From Felis catus (taxonomy: Eukaryota): DNA of 64,000 nucleotides. The stretch covers positions 177,322,001 to 177,386,000 of the forward strand of contig NC_058368.1 of the NCBI RefSeq assembly GCF_018350175.1. Direction: 5' to 3'. The position numbers were made by a program, and so were the translations under genes. The notes beneath the pieces are model-generated. The model did no database searches and was not told the DNA's origin. It worked only from the letters and a program-made list of their open reading frames with translations. This document shows, piece by piece, positions 13,641 to 27,668 of the stretch. Numbering within the stretch: the stretch's first letter is position 1; each line of letters starts with the position of its first letter.

Positions 13641-13870
13641 TTTTTATTTTTATTTAAAATTTTTAAGATGTTTTTATTTATTTTTGAGACAGAGAGAAAC
13701 AGAGCATGAGCAGGGGAGGGGCATAGAGAGAGGGAGACACCAAATCCAAAGCAGACTCTGGGCTCCGAGCTGTCAGCACAGAGCCTGACGCGGGGCTTGA
13801 ACCCATGGACTGTGAGATCATGACCTGAGCTGAAGTCGGACGCTTAACTGACTGAGCTACCCAGGTGCCC
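13641..13870 (-). mobile_element. CanSINE
   Basis: TSD gagcttgatgaa. Confidence 0.93.
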
Positions 13871-14205
13871 TGAGCTTGATGAAGTTTTAAAAGTGAATTC
13901 ACATGGGTGTCCACCATTCAGATAAAACATTACCAGCACCTCCAAAAGTCTCTCTTGTACTGTCTCCTGATCATTACTCTCCAAAAGTAACCAATATCCT
14001 GGCTTATAGCACTATAGACTAATTGTGCCCAATTCTGCATTTCATATAAATGGGATCATAGATAAGAATTGTGCTCTTTCTTGTCTGACTTTTAGTCACA
14101 TTATATCTTTGAGACTTATCCATGGTCTTGTATATACTGATTTGCTTTCTTTTTCACTGCTGGATAGTATTCCATTCCATTCCAAATATAATGGAATACT
14201 GTTTA

Positions 14206-14260
14206 TTCCATTCCATTCCATTCCATTCCATTCCATTCCATTCCATTCCATTCCATTCCA
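14206..14260. repeat. (TTCCA)11 pentanucleotide repeat
   Basis: Perfect tandem units read directly. Confidence 0.95.
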
Positions 14261-14878
14261 AGTATTAATGGAATACTACTTATTTATCCATTCTACTATT
14301 GACTGTTGAATGGTTTCTAGTTCCTAAGTGTTAAAAATAATGTGTGATATCTTTGGACATGACTTTTCAATACACACACACAGATACACACATATACACA
14401 TATCCATTTCCAAGAGCATACTATACATTTGTAGTAGAATTCTTGGTTCATAAAACATATGTATGTTCAGCTGTAGGAGGTACTGCTAACAGTTCTCAAA
14501 AGCAGTTGTCTACTTTACACTTCCACAGAAATATAGGAGAGTGCTAATAGACCTATATCCTAACAGCACTTGGTTTTGGTTTAAAACAATTTATACATTC
14601 TGATTGTAGGGGATGATATCTCATTGTGGTTTTAATTAGGCGTTCGCAAATAACAAATTGAGTCCTTGGGTATTGCCCTGTTGTGAAGTGCCTGTTCAAG
14701 ATTTTTTTCCCATTTGGGGAGGTGTCTTTTTCTTATTATTCAGAGGAGTTCTTTATATATTCAATGTACAGTTTCTTTGTATTGTAAATGTCTTCTTGCA
14801 TTTTGTTTGCCGTTCCCCCTTTTAATGGTGTCTTTCCATGAACAGTAATTCTTAATTTTAAAATAGTCTAATGTACCT

Positions 14879-15324
14879 GGGCACCTGGGGGACTCAGCCG
14901 GTTAATTGTCTGACTTTGGCTCAGGTCATGGATCTCACGGCTCATGGGTTCGAGCCCCACGTTGGGCTCTGTGCTGACAGCTCAGAGCCTGGAGTCTGCT
15001 TCAGATTCTGTGTCTCCTTGTCTCTCTGCCCCTCCCCCGCTCACGCTCTGTCTGTCTCTCTCTCTCAAAAAGAAACATTAAAAAATTTTTTTTAGGGGCA
15101 CCTGGGTGGCTCAGTCGGTTAAGCGTCTGACTTCGGCTCAGGTCATGATCTCACAGTCCGTGAATTCGAGCCCCGCATCCGGCTCTGTGCTGACCACTCA
15201 GAGCCTGGAGCCTGCTTCTGATTCTGTGTCTCCCTCTCTCTCTGACCCTCCCCCGTTCATGCTCTGTCTCTCTCTGTCTCAAAAATAAATAAACGTTAAA
15301 AAAAATTTAAAAAAAATTTTTTTT
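14879..15324 (+). mobile_element. Two CanSINEs, the second (15095-15324) nested in the tail of the first
   Basis: One outer TSD aaatagtctaatgtacc brackets both. Confidence 0.93.
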
Positions 15325-15887
15325 AAATAGTCTAATGTACCGATCTTTTCCTTTATGTTTAGTGTTCTTCGTGTTTTGTTAAGAAATCTGTGTCCATCCA
15401 TGGTCATAAACATACACTCCTGTGTTTTATTCTAGGAACTTTATTGTTTTACTTTTCACATTTAAGCTTATGATTCACCTGAAGTAGCATTTAGAGTATG
15501 TTATGAGGTGAGAATCAACAGCCATATTTTCCATAAGTTTGTGCAATTCGTCTAGTACCATTATTGACACGACAGTTTCCTCCCCACTATGCTGTAGTGG
15601 TATCTTTGCCATAAATCAGGTGACTGTATTTTTACAAAATTTGTGTCTGATCTCAAGTTTGTTAGTCAAGTCCCTTCAATCTTTATACAGCCTTATTTAC
15701 TTTTGTGTCTGTTTGTATTATCAGTTACTGAGAGATATGTTTCAAAACATTCCACTATGATTATGGAATTGGTTATTTTCCTTTTAGTTCTAACAATGTT
15801 TGAGGCTCCATTACTAAACTCGTTCGAATTTAGGATTGTTATGTATTCCTGTCGAGCTGGACCCTCTATAATTATAAATTGTTACTA

Positions 15888-16075
15888 TTTTTTTAATGTT
15901 TATTTTTTATTTTTGAGAGGGAGAGAGAGAGAATGCAAGCGGGGGAGGGGCAGAGAGAGAGGAGAGAGAGAATCCTGATGTAGCGGGTCTGATGCCGGAC
16001 TCGAACCCACGAACTGTGAGATCATGACCTGAGTGGAAGTCGGATGCTCCACCGACTGAGCCACCCAGGTGCCCC
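15888..16075 (-). mobile_element. CanSINE, internally deleted
   Basis: Head and tail present; TSD aattgtta. Confidence 0.9.
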
Positions 16076-17750
16076 ATGAATTGTTATTCTTAATGTCTAC
16101 TAATACTTTTGGTCTTAATGTCTGTTTCATCTAGTATTAATAGATCTATACCTCCTTTTAAAAATAATCTGTTTATTCTTTGATGTTTTTATGGATGTTT
16201 TCCCATCCATTTATTTTTAAGTTTTTATTTGTGTCTCTTATAAGCAACATGCATTTAAAAAAATCTAGATTAATTGCCATTCTGTTTTAATTGGAACATT
16301 TAGTCCATTTCTAGTTTTTGGCTCTTCTGGATCAAGTTGCAGTGAGTATTTTAATACAAGACTTTTTGTGAGTATATGCTTTTTTCTTGGGTTAATCTAG
16401 GAATGAAATTGTTGGGTCACAGAGTTGGTGTTTAATTTTATTGTTTCCAATTCATATTATTTAAGCATAATTTATATACAATAAAGAGTTTAAAGTACCC
16501 ACATAGCTACCACCCAAATTAAGATGTAGGTTATTTCCATCACTCCAGAACCTTTCCTTATACACGGCCTTGAGATGTTGACCTGATTTTCATCACCAGA
16601 GCTCAGGTTTCTATGGAATCAGACAATAGCTACACTTGTCTTCCTTATTTCATGCCAGGTAATGCTTTTGAAACTCATCTGGCTGTTGTATGTATCAGCG
16701 GTTTATTCTTTTATTTATGAGCACTATTCTACTGTATGAATCTAGCTACAATTTATTTATGGACGTTTGAGTTATTTCTAATTGTTGCAGTTTTTGTGCA
16801 CTTATATATTTTTCAATGCCTCCCCCCCCCCCCACTTTGTCATTCTCTTGGGTAAATACTCAGAATAGAACCACTAGGGCATTCTGTAGGTCTACATTTA
16901 TAATAAACTGCCAAACTGATTTCCAGACTGGTTTGCATAATTTTATACCTTATCAGCGATGTATGAGATTTGCAGTGCTCTGCCTTCCTCCCCAAGTGTG
17001 GTATTGCCTTGGTGTCCCACTGTGATTTTACTGTGCATGACCTTGATGAACCATGCTGTTGAGCACTTTCCTCATGCTTATTGTCCATTCATATATCTTC
17101 TTTTTAGCACACTTTAAACATTGGGTGGTCTATATTTTTCTTATTGATTTGTAGGAGCTCTTTATATATTCTGGATATAAGTCTTTTGTCAGATATATGT
17201 ATTGTGAGTAATTTCTCCCAATCTATGGCCTGGCTTTCATTTTCTTGGTGCATTTGTTAATAATAGTAAATAGTTCTTTGAGGAAAAGAATCCTCTAGGT
17301 GCCCAATAATGTTATGCGGGATATGATGAAAATACTTATTACGACTGTTGGATTGAAAGAGGAGGATGCAACATTTTACTTTGCATTATGACCTTAATTA
17401 TTTAAAAATACGCATTTTAAAAGGTGGAGAGAAATACATAAAACATTGCTTTGGCTGACTCTGGGTAGTGAGATTATGCTCTCCTGCAGTTCTTTGTTGT
17501 GGTAAATGCACATAACATAAAATTTACCATTTTCGCCATTTTAAAATGTACAGTTCAGTGGCATTAAGTACATTGATGATGTTGTACAACCATCGTCACC
17601 ACGATCTAACTCCAGAACTTCCCCATCACCCCAAATGAAAACCCTGTACCTATTAAACAGTCATTCCCTATCCCTCCTCCCATAGTCCCTGGCAAACACT
17701 AATCTGCTTTCTGCCTCTATGTGCCTGCTATTTTAGAAATATATACATTT

Positions 17751-17954
17751 GGGGCTCCTGGATGGCTCAGTCGGTTAAGCGTCGAACTTCGGCTCAGGTC
17801 GTGATCTCGCGGTCCGTGGGTTCCAGCCCCACATCAGGCTCCGTGCTGACAGCTCAGAGCCTGGGGCCTGCTTCAGATTCTCTGCCTCCCTCTCTTTCTG
17901 CCCCTCCCCTGCTCGTGCTCTCTCTTTCTCTATCTCTCAAAAATAAAAAAAAAA
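17751..17954 (+). mobile_element. CanSINE
   Basis: Head, CT tract and A tail. Confidence 0.92.
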
Positions 17955-20900
17955 TGTTTACAAGTATATACATTTGGTATCTTTTTTCTGACTTTTTGCT
18001 AATGAGTATGTGCTTCGATACGAGAAGTAAAGCAGAAACCAAGAACAAGGAAGGATGTCTTCTGGAGGGGAAACAAGTATGTTATGAAGAATTGATGCTA
18101 AGCTTATGCCAGAGGGAGCGGGGAGTAGAATTCCCTTTGTGACAGTAGATCAACATGCTCGGCTCGGCTAGCTGCTCCTGTCCCGTGTATCTCACCCCCA
18201 CCCTGGCAGCCGGGTTCCAGTATTATGCCCAAGTTACCCGTGATGTTGTGTCTCCTCCCCAGGTGCCATTTTCTCTGACTTCTCCACCGCACTGGGAGTA
18301 GAGACCATGTTGGTTCAGTTCTCCAGTTCAATCTCTTTGCTGTCCGGTATGACCCCAGCTTATCCTTTCGGCCATTAAGAGTTCTGGAGTAAATGAATGC
18401 CTTTGTACAAGAAATGACTTTGCCCAGACTCTAGAGAGAAAAGAATCAGATGGGTCTGTAGGCGTAGCCTCAGAGCCACGGGCAGGCTCTGAAAGTGCCG
18501 CTAAGGGGCTGAGGCCAGCCCTGAGAGAACATATCTGTATGGTAGATTCATGAGGTCCCTCATGACTTTCATGACCAGGGCGGGAGGAGAGAAGTAATAG
18601 CGAGTGACATTTATATAATGTGTTACAGTTTACATAGCTCAGCATGTGCATTACCTCATTTAATCCGGAAGGAGCATAGGGTGGGGCTTCAGCACGTGGC
18701 CCCAGAGTTGGCTTGTCTGAGTTTGCATCCTGGCTGCACCACTTACTGTTGACCCCGGAATATTTGTGCACCCCATGTCCCAGTTTCCTTACATGTGCGG
18801 TGAAGACACTGATAGCACACACAGATTTGTTGTGATAATTAAATAAGGTAGGCGGTGCTCATAAAGTGCTTAGAATTGTGCCTGGAGCATAGTAAACACT
18901 AAATAAAAGTTGCTTGTTATTACTCAATTCTCTCAGTGGACCCTGGAGATATGTAGACATACCCCACTTTATGGGCAGCTGACTGGGGCTCAGAAGGATG
19001 GAGTGACCTGTCTGAGGTCACACTGGAGAGGTTGGGGTGGGGAGGCAGGGCTTGGACCAGGTCTGTGTCACCCCAAAGCCGTGACTTTCCAGCCTCTTCA
19101 TGCCACCTCCTCTGACATGCACTTTGCCTGGGCTCATGGGCAGGAGAGTCTGCCCCTGCACCGGGTGTCAGGAAAGATCACCCGTCTTGTCTAGATGAGC
19201 TACAACCCGAATGAAGATAGCTGAGAAGTCGCTTTGTATTCGGCCAGAGTATGATGGGAATGTAAAGAATTGTTACTAATACTTTAATAAAGTATTTAAA
19301 ATTTTTTCCTGGCACTGGTTTCCCACGTTCTGGTAACAGCACCCTGATTTCCTAGGGGGAACCACCACTTGCCCATTCAGTCTGGGCGTAGGATTGTCCG
19401 TGGCTAGAGGGATGGGTGTGTAACACAGGTCCGGTCAATGTGAGCACTGTGTCATTTTAGCCACCAGGATTAGCTCTGAAATCAGTATTTGATCCAATCT
19501 GGGAACCACCAGGTTCAGTTGTAGGGATTTGATCATGGTTGTTGGGGCAGAGGCGTTTGCTTTCCTCCGGGGAGAGCCGGGAGAGCGGGAGTATGGGATA
19601 GAGCCTGAGCTCCCGACGCCATCTTGCTACCACGGTGGGGACAGCCTGCTGAGAATGGGGCCTGCCCAGAGACAAGCAGAGCTGTAGATGGAGACTGAGC
19701 CAAGGGCCAGTGTCCCCTGGACTTAACTGGGTATGAGTCTAGATTTCCTGGGACTCTTCTGTTCCGCTACCTTTTGTTGGCACCTACTGGCCTTCTAACG
19801 CTGTGCTTGACTGTTATGTGCTTTTCATATCCCAACAGCCACTCAGAGGAGGTGGTAATAGCCCCATATGACAGAGGGGGAAACTGAGGCTCTGAGTGTG
19901 AAGTGATGTGGCCAAAGCACACAGGTGAGCAGAGTTCCTTCTGCTGAGGGCTCAGTCGCTCTACTGAGAAAGCCAGCGACAGTGTCTGAATAAAGTTCCT
20001 GTCTTCTTTCTTTGCCCTCCAGCAAGGGTGCATGTCCTCCTGGAAATGTCACAACAGAAGGGATGGATGCCCTAGAAAGGCGTCTTCTTTGGCTCCCTCC
20101 CTCACCACCCTCAATTATCCTTCTGACAGCCAGATCAGAACCAAATTGGATTTAGTGCATTTCACAATTTTTTTTGAACAAATTTGTGGATTAAGGGAAC
20201 AAATTAAATCCACATTTTTATTTGACATCATCAAAAATATGACATGCAGACTGGAAATGGACCTTCCTGGTCTGGGAATAATTTCAGTGAAGACCAAATC
20301 CCTACATCCCAAGGGTATTTGTTTAAAAAACAAAGCAAAACAACAAACAACAAACAACAAACAACAAAAAAAAATCCGGATTCTCACAAACACCTGTAGG
20401 AAGCCTGGTCCCAAATCTTACGTGAGACCTGGGATCTGACACTTGGGGTGAGGCGAGGCCACACCAGCCCGTACCTGAGATGTGACTCTAGTGGGAAGGG
20501 GGCCTCTCTGCCCCCACCCATCATTCATCTGTCTTCTGTTGCCCCTGTGACTCTCCCTTGGCTACAGCCCAATTTAAGTTTCTGCATTTTTCTATAACCG
20601 GACTAACAGATTTTCATGTTAGTGCCAAATCAAGTTCCCTATCCCTTCTCTAAATTCTTAGTTAGGCCAATAAATATATAGCTCATTTGGCAATTAGGTG
20701 CCTTTGGCACTTTACCCAATAGCTACTAAAAGAATATAAATACTTCACTTTTCTCACCTTTGTTTCTTGGTTTCATGGTAGAAAGACAAGCTATATGTGG
20801 GCAGGGAATGTGACTTCTACTTTTCTATATATGTACCCAACATGTAGTAGCATGAAATGAGAATTTATTACCTTATAAATTTAATTGGCATGTGATTACT

Positions 20901-21962
20901 TAACAATACATGATCTTGGCTAGGCTTAGTGGAGGCGAGGCTGTAAAATACATTGGGTTAATGTGAGGGCTCTGATGCTAGAGAGCCTGGGTTTGAATCC
21001 TGGCTCCCCATTCACTGATTATATGATTTTAACAATGATATAATCTCTCTATGCCTCAGTTTCCCTGTCCATAAACTGGAAGTAACAATAACACTCGACG
21101 AAGCGCCTAAAACAGGACCACATTCTCTAAGTGTCTGTTGCCACAATTTCATTATGTCTTTCCAATAGTCCTTATAGTCTTAGAAAATACATACCGCTAA
21201 TAGGTAGGCAGACTTTATCTTACCCAATTTTTGTCTCGATTATCAGATTCTTATCTTTAAAACATGAATTATCTGGATGACTGTGGGTTTTTTCACCATT
21301 ATATAAGTTGGAGGAACAGAATAGAAGCTGACCAAAAACAATAAAACAAAGAAAAACGTAGAATGAATCAGTGTTAGCAAAAGAGAAGAGCCCGAGGGAG
21401 CATTAAGAAGGCTGCCAAATAGATCTATTAAGTAAAAGAGAGATGGGGAGAAAACCATCAATTAAAATTAATTGAAAATTTTAATTGTTTGTGATGCTGA
21501 CCTCATGCTCCAGGTGCCTGAAACAAAAGAAGAAATGTGGATAATTGAGTGGCCATGACATTTTTCCAACTGGCCACTTTTCTCTTAACAAGACCACACC
21601 TGTCTCTTCCTCATGAGCTCCTTGGGTCAGGACCTGAATCATGGCTTAGGTTGCACTCCGCTGGAGAGGAAGTCCTGAGGCCTGGCAGGCAGCTGTCTAG
21701 ACCTTTCTTCCTCATTCTTATCCAGCAGCATGTCCTGCTGATTACACTTTCAAACTGAATTCTGCTTCTCTGTACCTCTCCCCCTACTCCAAGCCTCCGT
21801 TTCCAGCTGGAAAACCACAGTGCCTTGCTAAGCGGTTTTCTTGTTTCTACTCTTACATTTATCATTCTCTGAAATTGCCTTGTCTTGATTTTTCTACTTG
21901 TTTTTCCCATTAGCCTGTAAACTTTGCGTTTGCCAGTGGCTGGTACACCCATGGCCCCATCA

Positions 21963-22206
21963 TTTCTTTTTTTTCAATTTTTTCAATTTTTATTTAATGT
22001 TTATGTATTTTTGAGAGAGAGAGAGAGAGAGAGACAGAGCACAAGTTGGGGAGGGGCAGAGAAAGATGGAGACACAGAATCTGAAATAGGCTCCAGGCTC
22101 TGAGCTGTGGGCACAGAGCCCGATGCGGGGCTAGAACTCATGAGCGGTGAGATCATGACCTGAGTCGAAGTCAAATGCTTAACCAACTAAGTTACCCAGG
22201 TGCCCC
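21963..22206 (-). mobile_element. CanSINE
   Basis: Reverse-complement element. Confidence 0.92.
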
Positions 22207-24433
22207 TTCAGTTTTGACTCCTGATTTTGTTATTCAATTTCTCTTTTCTATTTAGTCTTCGGTCGCTGGGAAGCCTGGCCTTGCAGAATCACTTGGAGCC
22301 GGTTGTTGTAAGGGAGTTGGGTTGGGGACTGTGGTGGGGGCAGGGAGACCCTGCTCTGCTGGCAGCATTGTTTCTTGATTGAATGGAAAGAGCTGGAAAT
22401 AGTTGCCTTCTCAAGTAAAAGACATTTTCTTTCCCAAAGGGAAGTCCACTCTATAGATAATGAAAGTGGGCCCCTGATAGACCTTCTGGGCAACATTTTG
22501 CCAAAGTCCTTCAAATTATAAGACTTCAAAGTCATGAAAGGTAGTCATGCTCTCCCTTTGAAGTGTGTCATTTGTATTTTTCACACTCAGGAGCTGGAGA
22601 ATGAATGAAATATTGCCAAATTAAGATGACCTACTCGCCTATGGTGACTCTGGTAGTCAAGCCACTTCCACCTCATTCTTAGCAATTATATTCAGCTTTT
22701 GAATGTTTGCCTCACACAATTCTGCTTCCCTGATATTGGCTCTGGGGGCTCTGAGGTACAAGGGTTGCCATCACTCTCTCTCTCTGCCACATTTGTGACC
22801 ACCTTGGGAAATATGAGGTCATTACACATGGTCCAGAGTCACTCATCAGGAAGGATCCCAGGCTGTTTCTCGTATGAGGAAGCTCCATCCTGGCGTATTT
22901 GATTCTCCCTTCCCCCTTCTGCCACAGCTAATTGGAGCGGGAGTGGTCACCCCAAGGCCATCCAATCCAAAGGCTGGTAGACACAGATCCTGACTCAAGA
23001 CAGGAAACTCCAGCCAATGAAATGAGTCAGTCACCTCCCATCCACCCCCTTTGGAGCTTGATCTGGGAAATGCAGACAGAATTATATGGTCACTGGAAGT
23101 TTGGAAGGTCATGAGAAAGGGAGAGGCCTTGTGGGCCCAGGAGCAAATCAGAGTTAGGAGGACTCAGAGGCAGAAGTGCTGAGCTGAAGAGGGGATGGTT
23201 AGAGTGGTGCTCAAGGAAGCCACTGGAAGCAGGAAGAGATGGGGCAGACACACAAAGAAAAGCAGAGACCCAGAGAGTGGCCAGGTCAAGGTAAAGGTGG
23301 AATGCTAGAGGGAAGCTCCCAGAGTCTTGCAGCAGGGGCTCCTGGAGCACCTTGGTGGATGCTTTGGGTTCTCGAAGCCCTTCCTGGTCCAGATTCCAGG
23401 ATCCCAGGTTATGGTACACCCCTGATTTCCATGAGATTTCTGACTCCTGTGTTGTTGTGCCACAACAAACCCTCATTGCCTGAGCCACCCCGAATGGCTT
23501 GCTGCCCTTATGGGCTCACAAGTCGACATACCAAAAGTAACTACCACCAGTGGGCTGCAGCCCCACACCAGCATGGGCTGTTTCTGTTAGGCTCTGTGTG
23601 TGGGTGCGTGGGGGTGATGCATAAGAGCTTTCAGGGTGTGATGCCTCTCTTCAAATGCTCTGCTAATATCCACAGGGGTGGTTGCATTCCTCAAGGATCT
23701 AGCTCTGTTTTCTTTTTTTCACGTATCCCCCAATTTTATATACCTGTATGTTTTATAAAAACACTCATAACCGTATCATATATAAACTATAAATATATAT
23801 GATATCTAAATATAAACACACACCCATATGTTACAGGTACAGAACAGTTGCAACTTCGACGGGGGTTAGAGTCTGCGGTGTGTGTTAAGCCAAGGCTGTA
23901 TACAGTCAGAATCATGCCTGAGAACCCTCTCAACACCTGTAGAGCACATGTACATGATTTGGGGTTCTGGAACTACAGCTTTATAGTAATAGTAAAGATA
24001 AGTGCAGAGAAATGCCAATATGAGACCTTCCTGCAGAGCGCTTGCTGAAGTAATTGCAAACAAGGAAAACAGATTCAGGTTTCCCAGCCCCTGCTGAATG
24101 TTCAAAGTGGCAAAACTGTGACCATGACTTGTAAAGACATTTTCCTTCCCAAGCGGCAACCGAATAATTTCTCCCGGCAAACGAATCGCCGTGACATTCC
24201 CTGTAAGTCAGATATTCTAGGAGACAATTTTTATTGCAACCCTCATGACTTTCCAAAGATCTGAGGTAGCTCTGATAATTGGCATATAGATAATAGCTCC
24301 AGTAAACTAGAAAACAAACCCAAAAAATCATAGAAAGGGTCAAATAATGAAAAAAAAATGAGGCTGATATCATTCCCACAATGGACAACTGAACTCTGAA
24401 CTTCTGAAGTCAAGGGAAAAAGGGAAGATCCTA

Positions 24434-24650
24434 GGGGTGCCTGGGTGGCTCAGTTGGTTAAGCGTCCAACTTCGGCTCAGATTATGATCTCACAGTTCGT
24501 GGGTTTGAGCTCTATGTCGGGCTCTGTGCTGACAGCTCAGAGCCTGGAGCCTGCTTCGGATTCTGTGTCTCCCTCTGTCTCTGCCCCTCCCCTGCTCACG
24601 CTCTGTCTCTATCTCTCAAAAATAAATAAATGTTAAAAAAATTAAAAAAA
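24434..24650 (+). mobile_element. CanSINE
   Basis: TSD aaaagggaa(g/a)atccta. Confidence 0.93.
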
Positions 24651-24936
24651 AGGGAAAATCCTAGATAAGAATTATCATTGTTTAATCAAAGTCATCAAAA
24701 TTAAAAGTCACTCGTAATTTCATCACAGTGATATTCTTATTTTACTTGTAGACACCGTATTCCAGTGTCTCTGTAAGCAAAATAATAGGTAATTTTATTT
24801 AAAAAATATTCGAATAGGCAAAACATTCACATAGTCTGAAAATAACAAAGTGTGAAAAGTTTCGCTCTCATCCTGGTCATGCATTTGCCCATTTCAATTC
24901 CCCCAACCACCCCCGCCCCGTTTTGTATCCTACAAG

Positions 24937-25170
24937 TTTTTTTTTTTTTTTTTAATTTTTTTTTTTTCAACGCTTATTTATTTTTGGGACAGAGAGAGAC
25001 AGAGCATGAACGGGGGAGGGGCAGAGAGAGAGGGAGACACAGAATCGGAAACAGGCTCCAGGCTCTGAGCCATCAGCCCAGAGCCTGACGCGGGGCTCGA
25101 ACCCACGGACCGCGAGATCGTGACCTGGCTGAAGTCGGACGCTTAACCGACTGCGCCACCCAGGCGCCCC
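24937..25170 (-). mobile_element. CanSINE, very young subtype
   Basis: CpG-rich with a long T tract; TSD tgtatcctac(a/t)agtttt. Confidence 0.95.
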
Positions 25171-26112
25171 TGTATCCTACTAGTTTTTATGCACATTCAG
25201 TAATATCGTCGTCATCATCATCATCATCATCAACAAAATACAGATTCTTATTCCCAGGCTCTTCTTATACCTTGATTTCTTTCATTTAACAACCTTTCTT
25301 GTAGACTTTTCCATATCAGTAGAAAAGCTCCCTCATTCTCTTTCATACCTACAGGGGCCTAATTTACTTAAATTTACCTAATTTAACCTGGGACCTATGG
25401 ATAATCATTTAGGTTGTTTCCTTTGTTTTGCTATTATAAACGAAGCTAGGAGAGTAACATTACGTACGTATAATTTCACACATGTATGTATATGTGTTGT
25501 AAGTATATATTTCAATATAATATATATGTTATACATAATTATATAATGCTATAACTATGACAAGTATATATGTAGAATATATATGATAAATATATATTTC
25601 ACACATTTATAGGAGATAAATCCCTGAGGCAGATTGCTGGGTCAAGTGGTAAATGCATTTGTGAATTTCATAGCTGTCACCACATTGCCCTGCACAGGGG
25701 TTTTGGCAATTGATGCTGCTAGAAGCGGGGCCAGAGGGTTGAGCTGCCACATTAACATCTATATACTCTAGAACCAGACTCGTCTCGCTAAGTTCCGGGG
25801 AGGAAGGAAAAGGAGTGAAAGAAAGGAAGACCTATCTATCAGGCACTCTACATATACACCCTCATAGTGCTGGGAGGCAAATTTGTGACCCTGATTTTTC
25901 CTCATGAGGCACTTGCGTCTCAGAGAGGTTAGGGGATTTGTGCCGGATCTCGGGGAAGTGGGCAAGGGTTCTGCCCCGGAGGCTGGCTTCGTTCTGGCAT
26001 CCCGGAGTCCTGGTGCCCTGGAGGCTATCTCAGCAGGGCCCTGGTGTCCTTCTGATGGCATTCGTTCGTGAACCAGCCGTGGTGCCGGCAAAGTTCTCAG
26101 GGTCTCGGGTAT

Positions 26113-26118
26113 TTTATT
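26113..26118 (-). terminator. Probable SMIM23 polyadenylation signal AATAAA
   Basis: tttatt on + strand; first AATAAA after the stop, about 105 nt downstream. Confidence 0.7.
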
Positions 26119-26223
26119 GTCTTGCCTGCTTTGAAATTCAAGTGTCACAGCTCAGCTCTTGTCAGCTGGCAAGCCTTCCCCCGCCTTTCACTTGGCGTCC
26201 TCCCCAGGTCCAGCCCCGGGCCC

Positions 26224-26517
<294 letters not shown>

Positions 26518-26702
26518 TCAAAAAGCTTTCTGAGCCTTTGCAGGGTTTCTGTCTGGAGTGTCTACCCCCACCTTCGCCACCTGGCCAGCTCCTAATTATC
26601 GATCCTTCAAGATCCAGCTCGCCAGTGACACCTCTGGGAAGCCTTCCCGGATTTCCTCAGCCAAGCTTGACATCCCCTCCGTACCCTTCCTGAATATGTT
26701 AC

Positions 26703-26770
26703 CTGGGAAGCCACAGGATTCTGGGGATAGTTACATTCTCTGATCCTTTCTGACACCTCCCAACTTCTTC
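26703..26770 (-). CDS. SMIM23: SMIM23 coding exon 3 (G-RSWEVSERIRECNYPQNPVASQ)
   Basis: Acceptor cctgtttcag|GA and donor CAG|gtaaca; 68 nt, phase-compatible with exon 2; SWEVSERIRECNY matches recalled SMIM23. Confidence 0.93.
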
Positions 26771-26994
26771 CTGAAACAGGCACGAACATCGCCCCTTAAC
26801 AAGGGCAAGTGAGCAATCATCCCACTCAAGAGAAAGAAAGTAGTTGAAATGAACATGTTCGGTCCTCCCAGTGGGTGAAGGAGGTAGGAGAAGGCAGGCT
26901 GTGGAGGCCTCGTTGGCATGCAGCCATCTCCAGAACACCCCTCCCGACCCCGTGTGGACTCGGCTCCTCCTTTCTGAGATTTCGGAATGCTCAC

Positions 26995-27046
26995 CTGATA
27001 TTCCTGTGCCCACGTACAGGACCAAGATCAGCAACGCCAACAGCGT
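26995..27046 (-). CDS. SMIM23: SMIM23 coding exon 2, transmembrane segment (TLLALLILVLYVGTGIS-G)
   Basis: Pyrimidine-rich acceptor cctcctcttgcccccag|ACG and donor G|gtgagc; 52 nt, in frame with exon 1; hydrophobic run. Confidence 0.93.
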
Positions 27047-27668
27047 CTGGGGGCAAGAGGAGGAGGAAGGAGGTGACTTTCTCGGGGGACAGCAGGCATC
27101 CCTGCTTCCCTCACAGAGGGCTAGGCACGGGGGTGCTATAAGATCGTTTTTAGAGCTCAACTTTTTTCTTTATCCTTATCTTAACTTCATCCACGTCATG
27201 CATGCTTATCACACAACCCCCAAACATTGCAAAAGTCGGTCACATGGCGGCCTCCCGCCATTCCATTGGTGTTTTTCCTCCCTTCTGCCTGCTGGGAAGG
27301 CCCGCCTCTCTTCTCAGTCTTGCCTTGCTTTTTTTTTTTTTTTTTTACATTTTTGCTCTACATGATCTTTAAAAGGAATCAACCTTATCGTGGTATACTT
27401 CACAGGCAGCAAAAGGCACACATTTTAAATGTATGGTTTGGTGAATTTTGACACGTCTACACCTGTGGACGATCATCCCACTCAAGAGAAAGAACATTTC
27501 CATCATCCCAGCACGTTCCCTTATGTCCTTCTATAGTCTGTTGCCTCCTTGCCCTCACCATGCCAGAAGTATCCACTAATGTGCTCTGTCACTATGGAGT
27601 AGTTTTGCCTGTTTCAAAACTTCAAATGAATGGAAACTCATAGTCTGTACTCTTTTGTGGTAAGCTAC

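Larger units (their letters stand above)
13380..17740 (-). mobile_element. Patchwork of ancient L1M 3' fragments (mostly minus strand) with SINE insertions
   Basis: T-rich L1 motifs such as tctcattgtggttttaatt, ctttatatattctggatata, aaatgtacagttcagtggcattaagtaca. Confidence 0.75.
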
